Positions 25,335 through 34,751 of a DNA stretch of 64,000 nt are shown here, piece after piece. Within the stretch, counting starts at the first letter, position 1; each line of letters begins with the position of its first letter. The position numbers were made by a program, and so were the translations under genes. The stretch comes from Synergistaceae bacterium. GTDB taxonomy: Bacteria > Synergistota > Synergistia > Synergistales > 79-D21. The stretch spans positions 85-64,084 of the forward strand of contig JAAYVK010000039.1 in the NCBI GenBank assembly GCA_012517195.1, given 5' to 3'. A model generated the notes under the pieces. That model made no database searches. It saw only the letters and a program-made list of their open reading frames with translations, and was not told the DNA's origin.

Positions 25335-26047
25335 CGGAATCCCTCCTCAATTTCTTGAAGAATTTCCAGTGTCGCTGCTTTCGGATCATCCGCCTGGATA
25401 ATGGGACGACCGACAACGAGATAATCTGCCCCGTTGCGGATCGCCTCTAGGGGGGTAGCGGAGCGCTTCTGGTCATCCGAAACCTTCCATGGCCGGATGC
25501 CCGGCACCACGGTGACAAGCGAATCTCCCGCGGTTTTTTTGACCCCGGGAAGGTCAAGCGGGGAACAGACCAAGCCGTCAATTCCGCTTTCTACACAAAG
25601 CTCCGTTCGGCTTTTAACCGCGTCTTCCAGCCGGCATCCGGGGCAAACCCGGTTAAATGACGGAGCGTCCAGGCTGGTCAAAACGGTGACTCCGAGAAGA
25701 ACCATTTCAGAATCCGCGTCATCTCTTGCAGAAACGGCCGCTTCCAGCATTTCCCGGCCTCCCCCGGCGTGGAGCGTAAGGGCCCAGATGCCGAGGTCGG
25801 AAAGTGCGTCAACGGCTCCCGCAATGGTATTGGGGATATCGTGGAGCTTCAGGTCGAGGAAAACCTCGAACCCGCGTGAGGAAACTTCCTTCAGGAAAGG
25901 GGCCCCCCCCTGCGTCCAAAGGCGCGGGCCGATCTTGACATAATTCACGAGAGAACCGACCGTGGCCAGAAATTCTCGCGCTTCAGCAAGATCGTGAGTG
26001 TCGAGTGCAAGGATCAGCGGATTTTTACGGGAATCGGCCATGTTCAT
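25319..26047 (-). CDS. pyrF: orotidine 5'-phosphate decarboxylase
   Basis: LILALD..KIGP..FLDLKLHDIPNT..DYLVVGRPI are OMPdecase motifs. ATGA overlap with pyrD. Confidence 0.92.
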   Translation of the reverse strand: MNMADSRKNPLILALDTHDLAEAREFLATVGSLVNYVKIGPRLWTQGGAPFLKEVSSRGFEVFLDLKLHDIPNTIAGAVDALSDLGIWALTLHAGGGREMLEAAVSARDDADSEMVLLGVTVLTSLDAPSFNRVCPGCRLEDAVKSRTELCVESGIDGLVCSPLDLPGVKKTAGDSLVTVVPGIRPWKVSDDQKRSATPLEAIRNGADYLVVGRPIIQADDPKAATLEILQEIEEGFRCRKS

Positions 26048-26970
26048 TTTTTCCCCTTTCCGATCAGGTCCATGGGTGAAGAATAGCCCTTCGCGGCCAG
26101 GTGTTCAAGAAGCTCTCTTCCGATGTTCCTGAAACAGCCCAAATCGGAAAAATGAAACGTTCCGACGGCAACGGCGCTCGCCCCGGCAAGCATCATCGAA
26201 AGTGCGTCTTCCGTTTTCGAAACGCCTCCGCATCCGATGACGGGGATTTGAACTGCAGAAGAGACTTCCCAGACAAGCCTTAGAGCCAGAGGAAAGATCG
26301 CCGGCCCCGACAGGCCCGCAACTTTTCGAGAAAAGACGGGTTTTTCAGAAACCGGGTCCATCGCCATGCCGAGCCATGTATTAGCCACGACCAGCGCATC
26401 GGCCCCGGCGGCCTCCGCAGCCCTGGCAACCTCGGCGATATTTCCGCACTGCGGTGTCAGTTTGGCCCACAAGGGCCCCTTCCAGCAGCGGCGGGCCAGT
26501 TCAACCGCCCTCGCGGCCAGGGAAGGGTCGGCTCCCCAGGCCATTCCCCCGGCATCCACATTCGGGCAGGAAATGTTCAGCTCAACCGCCAAAAATCGCT
26601 CCTCGAACACAGAAAGCCTGGAGAGGACGGCCGCGGTTTCCTCTTCGGACTCCATTGCAACGTTCGCGACCACCCCTACATCCCCGGAAGAAATGTTTGG
26701 CAGGTCGTCGCGGAGAAAATTCTCGATTCCAGGGTTCTGCAGTCCAATGCTGTTCAGGAGACCGCAGGGGGTTTCCCAGAGGCGGATCCCGGGATTCCCC
26801 TCCCTGGGGTGAAGCGTCAGGGCTTTTGTGCAGGCGGCGCCAACGAAGGCGCAAATGGGATCCTTCCAGTACTCGGGTTCATGGGGCCAGGTCCCGGAAG
26901 CGATGATCAGGGGACTCCGAAGAAGAACCCCTCCAATGGAAACCGCGGACGAAACCGGTCGATCACTCAT
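26044..26970 (-). CDS. pyrD: dihydroorotate dehydrogenase B, catalytic subunit
   Basis: Class 1B PyrD pattern (ASGT..NSIGLQNPG..LNISCPN..VIGCGGV), adjacent to pyrK. Confidence 0.92.
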   Translation of the reverse strand: MSDRPVSSAVSIGGVLLRSPLIIASGTWPHEPEYWKDPICAFVGAACTKALTLHPREGNPGIRLWETPCGLLNSIGLQNPGIENFLRDDLPNISSGDVGVVANVAMESEEETAAVLSRLSVFEERFLAVELNISCPNVDAGGMAWGADPSLAARAVELARRCWKGPLWAKLTPQCGNIAEVARAAEAAGADALVVANTWLGMAMDPVSEKPVFSRKVAGLSGPAIFPLALRLVWEVSSAVQIPVIGCGGVSKTEDALSMMLAGASAVAVGTFHFSDLGCFRNIGRELLEHLAAKGYSSPMDLIGKGKK

Positions 26971-27763
26971 TCCAAAGAACCTCCCTGGAGTCGAACACGG
27001 GGCCGTCGGTGCAGGTCTTCCGCAACCCCGTCACGGTCCTGACCACACAGCCATGACAGCCTCCGATCCCGCAGGCCATCCTTGTCTCCAGGCTGATCCA
27101 GCAGGGGAGTTTACGCCGTTCGCAGGCCGCCTGGACAGCTTTCAGCATCCCCGTGGGTCCGCAGGCCCAGACCACTTCGGTCACGGGGTCGAGTTGATCG
27201 ATGCAGGCGAGGGGGGTTCCCCCGAGACCGACGGAGGCATCTTCCGAATAGACGCAAAGGCCAGGGATCCTTTCCGCGGCCCAGGTTGCGAGCCCCATCC
27301 AATCCCTGCCAGGCACCCCAAGGTGAACTTCGATCTTCGGTGTTTCCTGCCGGGCCAAGAGAAAGGGGGCGATTCCCGTTGTGCCCGCCAGGCAATGTAC
27401 CCGTTTCCCCGGTTGTGAAGGGAACCCGTTCCCGAGAGGACCCCGAAGGACCAGCCGCTCTCCTTCCGGAAGAGAGCACAAAAGACGTGTCCCTCTACCG
27501 GCAACGGCCACCAGGAGTTCCAGGCTGTTTTCCCCTGTGCCGCAAACGGCAAAGGGTCGACCGAGGAACGGATCCATTCCCAGGCTGGTTCTCAGCATAA
27601 CGAATTGACCGGGCTGAATCCGGGAAAAGGGCTCCCGGGACTCAAGGGAAAGAACAAAAAGGTTTTTCGTGAGGTCCTTCTTTTTTGAAAGGGTGACGAC
27701 CCTTTCTATAAGCGAATCCGAAGAACGGTTTTCACACATCTTTCTATTCCCTGGAGCGGTCAA
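26963..27763 (-). CDS. pyrK: dihydroorotate dehydrogenase B electron-transfer subunit
   Basis: FAD/NAD-binding ferredoxin-reductase fold and a C-terminal 2Fe-2S Cys cluster (CGIGGCHGCVV..C). Start is ambiguous: TTG at 27763 or ATG at 27739. Confidence 0.85.
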   Translation of the reverse strand: MTAPGNRKMCENRSSDSLIERVVTLSKKKDLTKNLFVLSLESREPFSRIQPGQFVMLRTSLGMDPFLGRPFAVCGTGENSLELLVAVAGRGTRLLCSLPEGERLVLRGPLGNGFPSQPGKRVHCLAGTTGIAPFLLARQETPKIEVHLGVPGRDWMGLATWAAERIPGLCVYSEDASVGLGGTPLACIDQLDPVTEVVWACGPTGMLKAVQAACERRKLPCWISLETRMACGIGGCHGCVVRTVTGLRKTCTDGPVFDSREVLWNE

Positions 27764-29042
27764 AAACGACGCGTCCCTCGACCATTGTCAGCACGGGCCA
27801 GCCGAAAAGGGAAAGTCCCTCCCAGGGAGAAAGACGGGCCTTGCTTTTCCACTCCTCCACCGCGACCTTTCGCTCGAGATCCATGTCCAGAACGACGAGA
27901 TCCGCCTTTCCGAGCCGTGTCAGCCTGCCATGCGACGGCCACTCCCCTGGAAGGAGGGACGCGGGACCGCTCGTAAAGAGCGCAAGAAGCCGATCCAGTC
28001 CGAAAGGCTTTCCTCGATTCAGCCAGCAGGTAAAAACACCGGGGAAAGCGCATTCGATCGAAGCGATCCCGAACGGTGCCTCCGGAAACGGCAAGTCTTT
28101 CTCGTCGAGGTGCCACGGGGCGTGGTCCGTTGCGATCGCGTCCACGGTGCCATCGGCAAGGGCCTCCCAGAGGCTTTCGATGTCATCAGAAGACCGGAGA
28201 GGCGGGTTGACCTTGAACCGGGAGTCAAAGCCGGACTCGATCACGGATTCTTCCGAGAAGCGAAGATGGTGCGGTGTGACATCGCAGGTGACGGCAAGCC
28301 CCTCTTTCTTTGCTTCACGGACCAGGGAAACCGATTCGCGTGTGCTCAGATGAGTCAAATGGACGGGAACTCCCGTTTCCCTTGAAAGCGAAATGGCCCT
28401 GAATACTCCGATTTCCTCCGCGGAAGCCGGGATTCCCTTTAGCCCTGCAAGAGAGGAGCATCGTCCTTCGTTGACCTGGCCGCCGCGGGACAGGCTCGTA
28501 TCCTCCGGGTGCTCCATGATCCTGACCTTGAGGCTCTGGCTGTACTGCAACGCGGTCCGGAAAAGGCGGGATGAACCGACCGGGGCCCCGTCGTCCGTGA
28601 AAAGGACGCATCCTGCCGAAGCCATTTTCCCCATCTCGGCCAGTTCCTTGCCTTCCCGTCTTTTTGTGACCGCCCCGGCTGGAAGGATACGGGAGTACCC
28701 TGCACGGATCCCTTTTTCGATCACATACCGGACGAGGGCATCGTTATCGACGGCCGGATCGGTGTTCGGCATCGCAACGGCGGTTGAAAACCCTCCCGCT
28801 GCGGCAGCCGCTGCTGCACTTTCAATGTCTTCGCGCCATTCAAAACCGGGATCCCGCATGTGACAGTGAAGATCCACAAACCCTGGTGAAAGCACTTTCC
28901 CCCCAAGGTCAAGGATTTCAGCCCCGGGAGCAGACACGTTCTGGCCGAACGTTTCAATTATTCCTTCCCGGACCAGCAGGTCGAGGGTCCCCTCGTAGAA
29001 GGTTTTTCCGTCAAACAGGGTCGCATTCTTGAAGAGAATCAT
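27744..29042 (-). CDS. pyrC: dihydroorotase
   Basis: MILFKNATLFDG..GFVDLHCHMRDPG..DHAPW. ATG at 29042 forms an ATGA overlap with the pyrB stop. Confidence 0.92.
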   Translation of the reverse strand: MILFKNATLFDGKTFYEGTLDLLVREGIIETFGQNVSAPGAEILDLGGKVLSPGFVDLHCHMRDPGFEWREDIESAAAAAAAGGFSTAVAMPNTDPAVDNDALVRYVIEKGIRAGYSRILPAGAVTKRREGKELAEMGKMASAGCVLFTDDGAPVGSSRLFRTALQYSQSLKVRIMEHPEDTSLSRGGQVNEGRCSSLAGLKGIPASAEEIGVFRAISLSRETGVPVHLTHLSTRESVSLVREAKKEGLAVTCDVTPHHLRFSEESVIESGFDSRFKVNPPLRSSDDIESLWEALADGTVDAIATDHAPWHLDEKDLPFPEAPFGIASIECAFPGVFTCWLNRGKPFGLDRLLALFTSGPASLLPGEWPSHGRLTRLGKADLVVLDMDLERKVAVEEWKSKARLSPWEGLSLFGWPVLTMVEGRVVFDRSRE

Positions 29043-29968
29043 GCCATGACACCTCCGAGGCATAGGTAAAGGAGAGCCATCCTGACCGCTACCCCGCTTC
29101 GAACCTGCTGCAGGATTCGGCTCTGGGTTCCGTCGGCGATGCTTGAGTCGATCTCGACCCTTCTGTTGATCGGGCCCGGGTGCATCACCAGCGCGCCCTC
29201 CTTCGCTTTGGAAACAAGTTTCTCGTCTGCCCCGAACCGCAGGTGATATTCATCCAGGGAAGGGAACAGCCCTTCTTCCTGTCTTTCGCGCTGGATTCGA
29301 AGGAGGTAGACGATATCGGCGTTTTTGACCGCTTTCCAGGGGTCGGGTTCGTACGTGACTCCCAGCGATTTCACATCGAACGGCATCAGCGTTTCCGGTC
29401 CCGAAAGGACGATCTCGCAGCCCAGTGTCCTGAAGACCTGGATGTCGCTGCGGGCAACACGGCTATGAAGGACATCCCCAAGGATCGCCATTTTGCGCCC
29501 TTCAAGGTTTGGAAAAGATTTCCAGGCCGTGTAGGCGTCCAGGAGGGCCTGCGTAGGGTGCGAGTAGGCCCCGTCTCCCCCGTTGAAAACCACCGCCCGC
29601 TTCAGCTTCCGGGCGAGGTAGTGGGCGGAACCGGAAGCCCCGTGGCGGACAACGACAGCATCTGCCCCCATGGCCTCAAGAGTCCAGGCAGTGTCCCGCA
29701 GGGTTTCCCCCTTTGATACGCTGGAACCTGATGCGGACCAGTTGACGACATCTGCGCTCAACAGTTTCTCTGCAAGTTCGAATGAAACGCGGGTTCGGGT
29801 CGAAGCCTCGAAGAAGAGGTTCACCACGAGTTTTCCTCTCAAGGCAGGGACTTTCTTGATTGGCCTGTCGATCAGGTTGTCCATGTTTTTCGCCTGGTCA
29901 AGGAGGAACAGGATGTCCTCTCTTTTCCAGTCCTTCAAATCAAGAACGTGCCGATGCTTCCACTCCAT
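29039..29968 (-). CDS. pyrB: aspartate carbamoyltransferase catalytic subunit
   Basis: FFEASTRTR, HPTQALLD, HPGP are ATCase signatures. Confidence 0.95.
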   Translation of the reverse strand: MEWKHRHVLDLKDWKREDILFLLDQAKNMDNLIDRPIKKVPALRGKLVVNLFFEASTRTRVSFELAEKLLSADVVNWSASGSSVSKGETLRDTAWTLEAMGADAVVVRHGASGSAHYLARKLKRAVVFNGGDGAYSHPTQALLDAYTAWKSFPNLEGRKMAILGDVLHSRVARSDIQVFRTLGCEIVLSGPETLMPFDVKSLGVTYEPDPWKAVKNADIVYLLRIQRERQEEGLFPSLDEYHLRFGADEKLVSKAKEGALVMHPGPINRRVEIDSSIADGTQSRILQQVRSGVAVRMALLYLCLGGVMA

Positions 29969-29974
29969 CTTTCT

Positions 29975-30526
29975 TTACCCCTCCTGCCTCTCGCAGATAA
30001 CGACTTCGTTGATCCCGTCGATTTCGCTGACCCTGACCTCCACCACCTCATCACGGGAGGTGGGGACATTTTTCCCCACGAAATTCGGGGCGATCGGAAG
30101 TTCCCGGTGTCCACGATCCACGAGGACGGCCAGCTGGACGATGTCGGGCCTTCCAAGGTCCATGAGCGCGTCGAGTGCGGCCCGGATCGTCCGGCCGGTA
30201 TAGATGACGTCGTCTACAAGGACGACATGCCTGCCGGTGATGTCCAGGGGCATGGAAGTGCTGTGCACGACCGGGTGGTCGTGAAGAAGGGTCAGGTCGT
30301 CCCTGTAGAGCGTGATGTCAAGCTCTCCGGTCGGAACCCGGACTTGCTCGAACTGCCTGAGGACATCCCGGATTCGCTGGGCAAGGAAGACACCCCGGCG
30401 CTGGATCCCCACAAGAACCACTTTCTCCAGCCCCTTGTTCATCTCGACGATTTCATGGGCCATCCGGCGAATTGCCCGTTCCATGTCCGTTTCGCTCATC
30501 AGCTTTGCTTTCTCTCGCAATGTCAT
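29975..30526 (-). CDS. pyrR: bifunctional pyr operon attenuation protein / uracil phosphoribosyltransferase
   Basis: [57 protein letters not shown] at 30526 has SD GGGAGGGG 8 nt upstream. Confidence 0.92.
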   Translation of the reverse strand: MTLREKAKLMSETDMERAIRRMAHEIVEMNKGLEKVVLVGIQRRGVFLAQRIRDVLRQFEQVRVPTGELDITLYRDDLTLLHDHPVVHSTSMPLDITGRHVVLVDDVIYTGRTIRAALDALMDLGRPDIVQLAVLVDRGHRELPIAPNFVGKNVPTSRDEVVEVRVSEIDGINEVVICERQEG

Positions 30527-30547
30527 CCCGCATTCCCCTCCCACTGG

Positions 30548-30588
30548 AAAAAAAGGGGGCATAGCGCCCCAAAAGCGCCATGGCCCCC
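30548..30588 (-). terminator. pyr leader attenuator terminator
   Basis: The minus strand reads GGGGGCCATGGCGC-TTTT-GGGGCGCTATGCCCCC followed by TTTTTTT, ending 6 nt before the pyrR SD. Confidence 0.7.
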
Positions 30589-30620
30589 TGGATTGGCCCA
30601 TTCGATTTTTCGCATGCTGT

Positions 30621-30660
30621 CCTCCCCTTTTGGGCCTCGCTGGACCCCTTTAAAAGGATT
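30621..30660 (-). promoter_or_regulatory. PyrR-binding anti-antiterminator hairpin
   Basis: Minus-strand RNA CCUUUUAAAGGGGUCCAGCGAGGCCCAAAAGG. The loop UCCAGCGAGGC matches the conserved PyrR binding-loop motif (UCCAGAGAGGC-like), flanked by a CCUUUU/AAAAGG stem. Confidence 0.6.
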
Positions 30661-30680
30661 TCTATCCCGAACGCGCCCCG

Positions 30681-30709
30681 ATTATACCCCGCCCTTCAGA
30701 TAAATGCAA
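30681..30709 (-). promoter_or_regulatory. putative sigma-A promoter of the pyr operon
   Basis: On the minus strand, TTGCAT (30709-30704), 17-nt spacer, TATAAT (30686-30681). The -35 lies inside the last codons of rnc. Confidence 0.55.
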
Positions 30710-31442
30710 CCGGTTGTATTTGTCGAAGCAGGTCCAGCGCACTGCGGGCTGCGGAGAACTCCGCTTCCTTTTTTGAATGCCCCGTACCTGTCGATAGAAT
30801 CTCGCTCCCTGAACGGACACCCACCAGAAAAAGCGGGGCATCATCCTGTCCCGTCTTTTCCAGAAGGAAATATTCCGGTAGAGGTTTTCCCAGTGCCTGC
30901 AAGGTTTCTTGCAGGGCAGATTTGGGGTTGTGCGTTTTTGACTCGAACGCCAGCCTCTCTGCGGTGGAAAAGAACCGTTCAAAAAAGGCTCTCGCTTCGG
31001 GCAGCCCCGAATCAGCGTAAATGGCTCCAATCAGAGCCTCTAATGCATCTGCCCCGATGGACCGGTTCCCCCGGTTCTTCTGCTTCTCCATTCCTTTCCC
31101 GATTCTCAGGAATTCGAGGAGTCCGATTTTTTCCTCAATTTCAAAAAGCGTTTCTTCGCAAACGAGCGCGGACCGTTTTTGTGTCAGTTCTCCCTCCGCG
31201 GCCTCGGGAAAACGTTTGAGAAGCCTTTCCGTTACGATCAGCTGCAGGACGGCATCCCCGATGAATTCCAGCCGCTCGTTGTCTTCTTCAAGCCCGGCTT
31301 CGTGCCGGTAGGAAGAATGCGTCATTGCAGCGTCAAGAAGCGACAGGTCCGCGAAGCGGTATCCGATCCTTTCCTGAAGGAGAAGCAGCTTTTCCTTCCG
31401 GAACCGGTCATCCTTGCGGGCCTGCTCGAAACGGTTCGTCAT
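30696..31442 (-). CDS. rnc: ribonuclease III
   Basis: RNase III signature HSSY..NERLEFIGDAVL and a C-terminal dsRBD (GPDHAK-like GTGHSKKEAE). ATGA overlap with fabF. Confidence 0.93.
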   Translation of the reverse strand: MTNRFEQARKDDRFRKEKLLLLQERIGYRFADLSLLDAAMTHSSYRHEAGLEEDNERLEFIGDAVLQLIVTERLLKRFPEAAEGELTQKRSALVCEETLFEIEEKIGLLEFLRIGKGMEKQKNRGNRSIGADALEALIGAIYADSGLPEARAFFERFFSTAERLAFESKTHNPKSALQETLQALGKPLPEYFLLEKTGQDDAPLFLVGVRSGSEILSTGTGHSKKEAEFSAARSALDLLRQIQPVAFI

Positions 31443-32677
31443 TCCGAAAAGGATTGAATGGCCAGGACCCCGTTGTGCCCCCCGAATCCGAAGTTGTTCA
31501 CCAGGGCTCTCTTAACCGGGTATTCAACCCCTTTGATTCCCACCACGTTGATGTCGCATTCGGGGTCCTGGTTTTCGAGATTGAGGGTCGGGTGGACGAA
31601 GCCTTCCGCAATAGACTGAATCGCGGCAATGGTTTCGAGGGCGCCTGCCGCTCCAAGGCCGTGGCCAATCATCGACTTCGTGGAATTGACCAAAACACTC
31701 GGGGTGCGATCTCCGAAAACGGTCCGGATCGCCCGGGATTCCATCTTGTCGTTTAAGGGCGTTGATGTGCCATGAGCGTTGATCAGGTCCACGTCCCCGA
31801 TCGTCCAGCCAGAGCGGTCGATGGCCTGCTTCATGGCTCTCGCCGCGCCGTCCCCTTCCGGATCAGGAGCCGTGATGTGATAGGCGTCGCAAGTGGAGCC
31901 ATAGCCGGAGATTTCCGCATAGATCCTGGCTCCCCTGCTTCTTGCGTGGTCGAGATCTTCAAGAATAAGGACTCCAGCCCCCTCGCCGAGGATGAACCCG
32001 TCCCTGTCCGCGTCGAAGGGCCTGGAGGCTTTTTCCGGTTCATCGTTTCGGGTGGAAAGGGCCTTGATGGCTGCAAATCCGGCAACCCCGAGCGGAGAAA
32101 TGGCCGATTCCGCTCCACCCGCCAGGATGATGTCCGCTTCCCCTCTCCGGATGGTATTGAAGGCTTCGATTATCGTGTGAGTGGCAGTCGCGCATGCGGT
32201 CACCACGCAGATGTTCGGTCCCTTCGCCCCGTAACGGATCGCCAGATAAGCCGCGGGCATATTGCTGATCATCATCGGGATAAAGAAAGGGCTCACGCGG
32301 TTGGGGCCTTTCTCGATCAGTGTTTTGATATTCTCGTAACTCGTGAAAATGCCGCCCTCCGCGCTGCCCAGGAAGACCCCGAAGCGCTCCTTGTCCAGCC
32401 GCGAAACGTCAAGTGCCCCATCCTCCACGGCAAGGGCCCCGGCAGCCATCGTGAAATGGATCACTCGATCGGTTCGCCTGGCTTCCTTGTGATCCATCCA
32501 GTCGTCGGGCCTGAAATCTTTGACTTCTGCTGCAATTTTCACGGGGTAATTTTCCGCATCGAAGTGGGTAATCCGGGCGACCCCGTTCGTTCCCGAACGA
32601 AGCGCCTCCCAGTACGCGTTCTTTCCGATCCCGATAGGGCTTACAACGCCTAGCCCGGTGATGACGACTCTTCTCAA
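31439..32677 (-). CDS. fabF: beta-ketoacyl-ACP synthase II
   Basis: RRVVITGLGVVSPIG.., active-site C (VVTACATATH), HGTSTP, GHGLGAAG. TTG at 32677 has SD GGAGAAGGAG 7 nt upstream. Confidence 0.95.
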   Translation of the reverse strand: MRRVVITGLGVVSPIGIGKNAYWEALRSGTNGVARITHFDAENYPVKIAAEVKDFRPDDWMDHKEARRTDRVIHFTMAAGALAVEDGALDVSRLDKERFGVFLGSAEGGIFTSYENIKTLIEKGPNRVSPFFIPMMISNMPAAYLAIRYGAKGPNICVVTACATATHTIIEAFNTIRRGEADIILAGGAESAISPLGVAGFAAIKALSTRNDEPEKASRPFDADRDGFILGEGAGVLILEDLDHARSRGARIYAEISGYGSTCDAYHITAPDPEGDGAARAMKQAIDRSGWTIGDVDLINAHGTSTPLNDKMESRAIRTVFGDRTPSVLVNSTKSMIGHGLGAAGALETIAAIQSIAEGFVHPTLNLENQDPECDINVVGIKGVEYPVKRALVNNFGFGGHNGVLAIQSFSE

Positions 32678-32730
32678 GCCGGGTCACTCCTTCTCCTGGA
32701 TAGGTCGAAAATAAACTACAGACGTTGAAG

Positions 32731-32756
32731 GGGCCGGGCGTATCCCGACCCGGCCC
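32731..32756 (-). other. GC-rich stem-loop in the acpP-fabF intergenic region
   Basis: 8-bp perfect stem GGGCCGGG/CCCGGCCC with a 10-nt loop and no T-run. It may be an mRNA-stability, processing or partial-termination element. Confidence 0.4.
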
Positions 32757-32768
32757 GGTTCATACGAA

Positions 32769-33020
32769 CTACTCCTCGACTCCCAGTTTCCCGATCACGT
32801 AATTGAGCGCTTCTCCGACGGTGGTGAGTTTCTCGGCGTCTTCATCGGGAATCTCGATGTCGAACTCCTCTTCGATGCCCATGATCAACTCGACGATGTC
32901 GAGTGAATCCGCGCCGAGGTCCTCGATAAAGGAAGCCTCATTCTTGATCTGGCTCTCTTCCACATCCAGCCTGTCGATCACGATTTCCTTAAGCCTTGAG
33001 AGGATCTCTTCTTTCTTCAT
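32769..33020 (-). CDS. acpP: acyl carrier protein
   Basis: [13 protein letters not shown] phosphopantetheine-attachment site. ATG at 33020 has SD AAGGAGGTGA 5 nt upstream. Confidence 0.95.
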   Translation of the reverse strand: MKKEEILSRLKEIVIDRLDVEESQIKNEASFIEDLGADSLDIVELIMGIEEEFDIEIPDEDAEKLTTVGEALNYVIGKLGVEE

Positions 33021-33045
33021 GTGCTTCACCTCCTTCCGAATGACT

Positions 33046-33792
33046 TTAGACCATTGTCATACCGCCGTCCACGGCGATTGTCTGGCCGTTGACGTAGGAT
33101 GCTTCTTCCGATGCTAGAAAGGCGACGACCGCTGCGACATCTTCCGGCCTGCCAGGTCTTCCTGCTGGCACCGATTTGAGCATGGCCTCACGGATTTCCG
33201 GCTTCAGGGCCGCTGTCATGTCGGTTTCGATCCAGCCCGGGGCGACTGCGTTCGCCGTGATCCCTCTCATCCCGTATTCCCGGGCGATGGATTTCGTCAG
33301 GCCCAGCAGGCCCGCCTTCGAGGCGCAGTAATTCGCCTGCCCGGGATTTCCAATGATCCCGACGACGGAGCTGATATTGATGATTCGGCCCCAGCGGGCG
33401 CGGGTCATATCACGAAGTCCCTCGCGCGAACAAAGAAAGGCTCCCTCGAGGTTCAGGGAAAGAACCTCCCGCCAATCTTCGTCCTTCATCCTCATTAAAA
33501 GACCATCCCTCGTGATTCCCGCGTTGTTGACGAGAATCGAGACTGGGCCAAGGGAATCCCGAACGGCTTCGAAGAGGGCACGGACTTCCAGGGCACTGGA
33601 AACATCCGCCCTGAAGAGACCGCAATCCCCTCCTTCGGACCGGATCGCTTCGGCAGTTTCCCGTGCAGCTTCTTCTGAACGGCTGTAGTTGACCGCAACG
33701 GATGCACCGCGACGGGCCAGCTCGATCGCAACGGCACGGCCGATCCCCTTTCCCGACCCGGTTACAAGGGCGACCTTTCGCGTTTCATTCAA
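33046..33792 (-). CDS. fabG: 3-oxoacyl-ACP reductase
   Basis: SDR motifs [13 protein letters not shown]..YxxxK (YCASKAG). TTG at 33792 has GGAGGAGGA upstream. Confidence 0.93.
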   Translation of the reverse strand: MNETRKVALVTGSGKGIGRAVAIELARRGASVAVNYSRSEEAARETAEAIRSEGGDCGLFRADVSSALEVRALFEAVRDSLGPVSILVNNAGITRDGLLMRMKDEDWREVLSLNLEGAFLCSREGLRDMTRARWGRIINISSVVGIIGNPGQANYCASKAGLLGLTKSIAREYGMRGITANAVAPGWIETDMTAALKPEIREAMLKSVPAGRPGRPEDVAAVVAFLASEEASYVNGQTIAVDGGMTMV

Positions 33793-34747
33793 CGGGATCC
33801 TCCTCCTCTCCCCTGAACAGGGCGATCATCCTGGAAAGTCCTTCCGTCGTCGACGTGTCCAGGGTGACCGCTGTCCTGGCCCCCTTGCGGACAAGACCTG
33901 AAAGGACGCTACCGGGCCCGATTTCCAGGTAATGCGAAATGCCCTCCCGTTCCATTGCCTGCACAGATTCCAGCCAGAGCACCGGGCTGTAGGTCTGTTT
34001 TTGAAGAGCCTCCCGGATTTCCCGGGGGTTTGTCAGCAGGGTCGCGGACACGTTGTTGACGAGCGGACAGGAAGGTTCCTTCCAGGTGCATTGCGAAAAA
34101 GCATTTTGAAGGCGTTCCGCAACAGGTTCCATCAGGCTGCAGTGAAAGGGAGCGCTAACCTTCAGCGGGATCGCCCTTTTCGCTCCGAGGCGGCGCGCAA
34201 TTTCAACCGCCCGCGCCACGGCTTCCGTGTGGCCAGAAATTACAATCTGTCCTGGAGCGTTGTAATTCGCCGGGCTGCAGACCTGCCCCTGGGCGGCTTC
34301 TTCACATGCCTGTTTCACAAGGGCGTCATCCAGCCCCAGGATGGCAGCCATCGCACCTTGCCCGACCGGAACCGCCTCCTGCATCCACTTCCCTCGCAGG
34401 TGCACGAGACGGACGCCGTCCTCGAGGCTTAGGGCACCGGCTGCCACCAGGGCGGTGTATTCCCCGAGGCTGTGACCGGCAACCAAAGCCGGGGTTAAGG
34501 GCCTCCCGAGCTCGTCTTCGAGAACCGCCTTAACTGCAATCGAGACAGTCAGAATCGCGGGCTGTGCGTTTTCGGTCCGGGTGAGTTCCTCTTCCGGTCC
34601 TTCGAAGATGATCCGGGTCAGAGAGTAGCCGAGAGCCTGGTCCGCCCCCTCAAAGACTCGCCTGGCGGAGGAGTGGCTCTGGAAAAGGGGCTTTCCCATT
34701 CCCACTTCCTGTGCCCCCTGCCCGGGGAACAAGAGCGCGTAGCGCAT
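33785..34747 (-). CDS. fabD: malonyl CoA-ACP transacylase
   Basis: MRYALLFPGQGAQ.., active site GHSLGEY. ATG at 34747 has SD GGGGAG. Confidence 0.93.
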   Translation of the reverse strand: MRYALLFPGQGAQEVGMGKPLFQSHSSARRVFEGADQALGYSLTRIIFEGPEEELTRTENAQPAILTVSIAVKAVLEDELGRPLTPALVAGHSLGEYTALVAAGALSLEDGVRLVHLRGKWMQEAVPVGQGAMAAILGLDDALVKQACEEAAQGQVCSPANYNAPGQIVISGHTEAVARAVEIARRLGAKRAIPLKVSAPFHCSLMEPVAERLQNAFSQCTWKEPSCPLVNNVSATLLTNPREIREALQKQTYSPVLWLESVQAMEREGISHYLEIGPGSVLSGLVRKGARTAVTLDTSTTEGLSRMIALFRGEEEDPVE

Positions 34748-34751
34748 CGAA

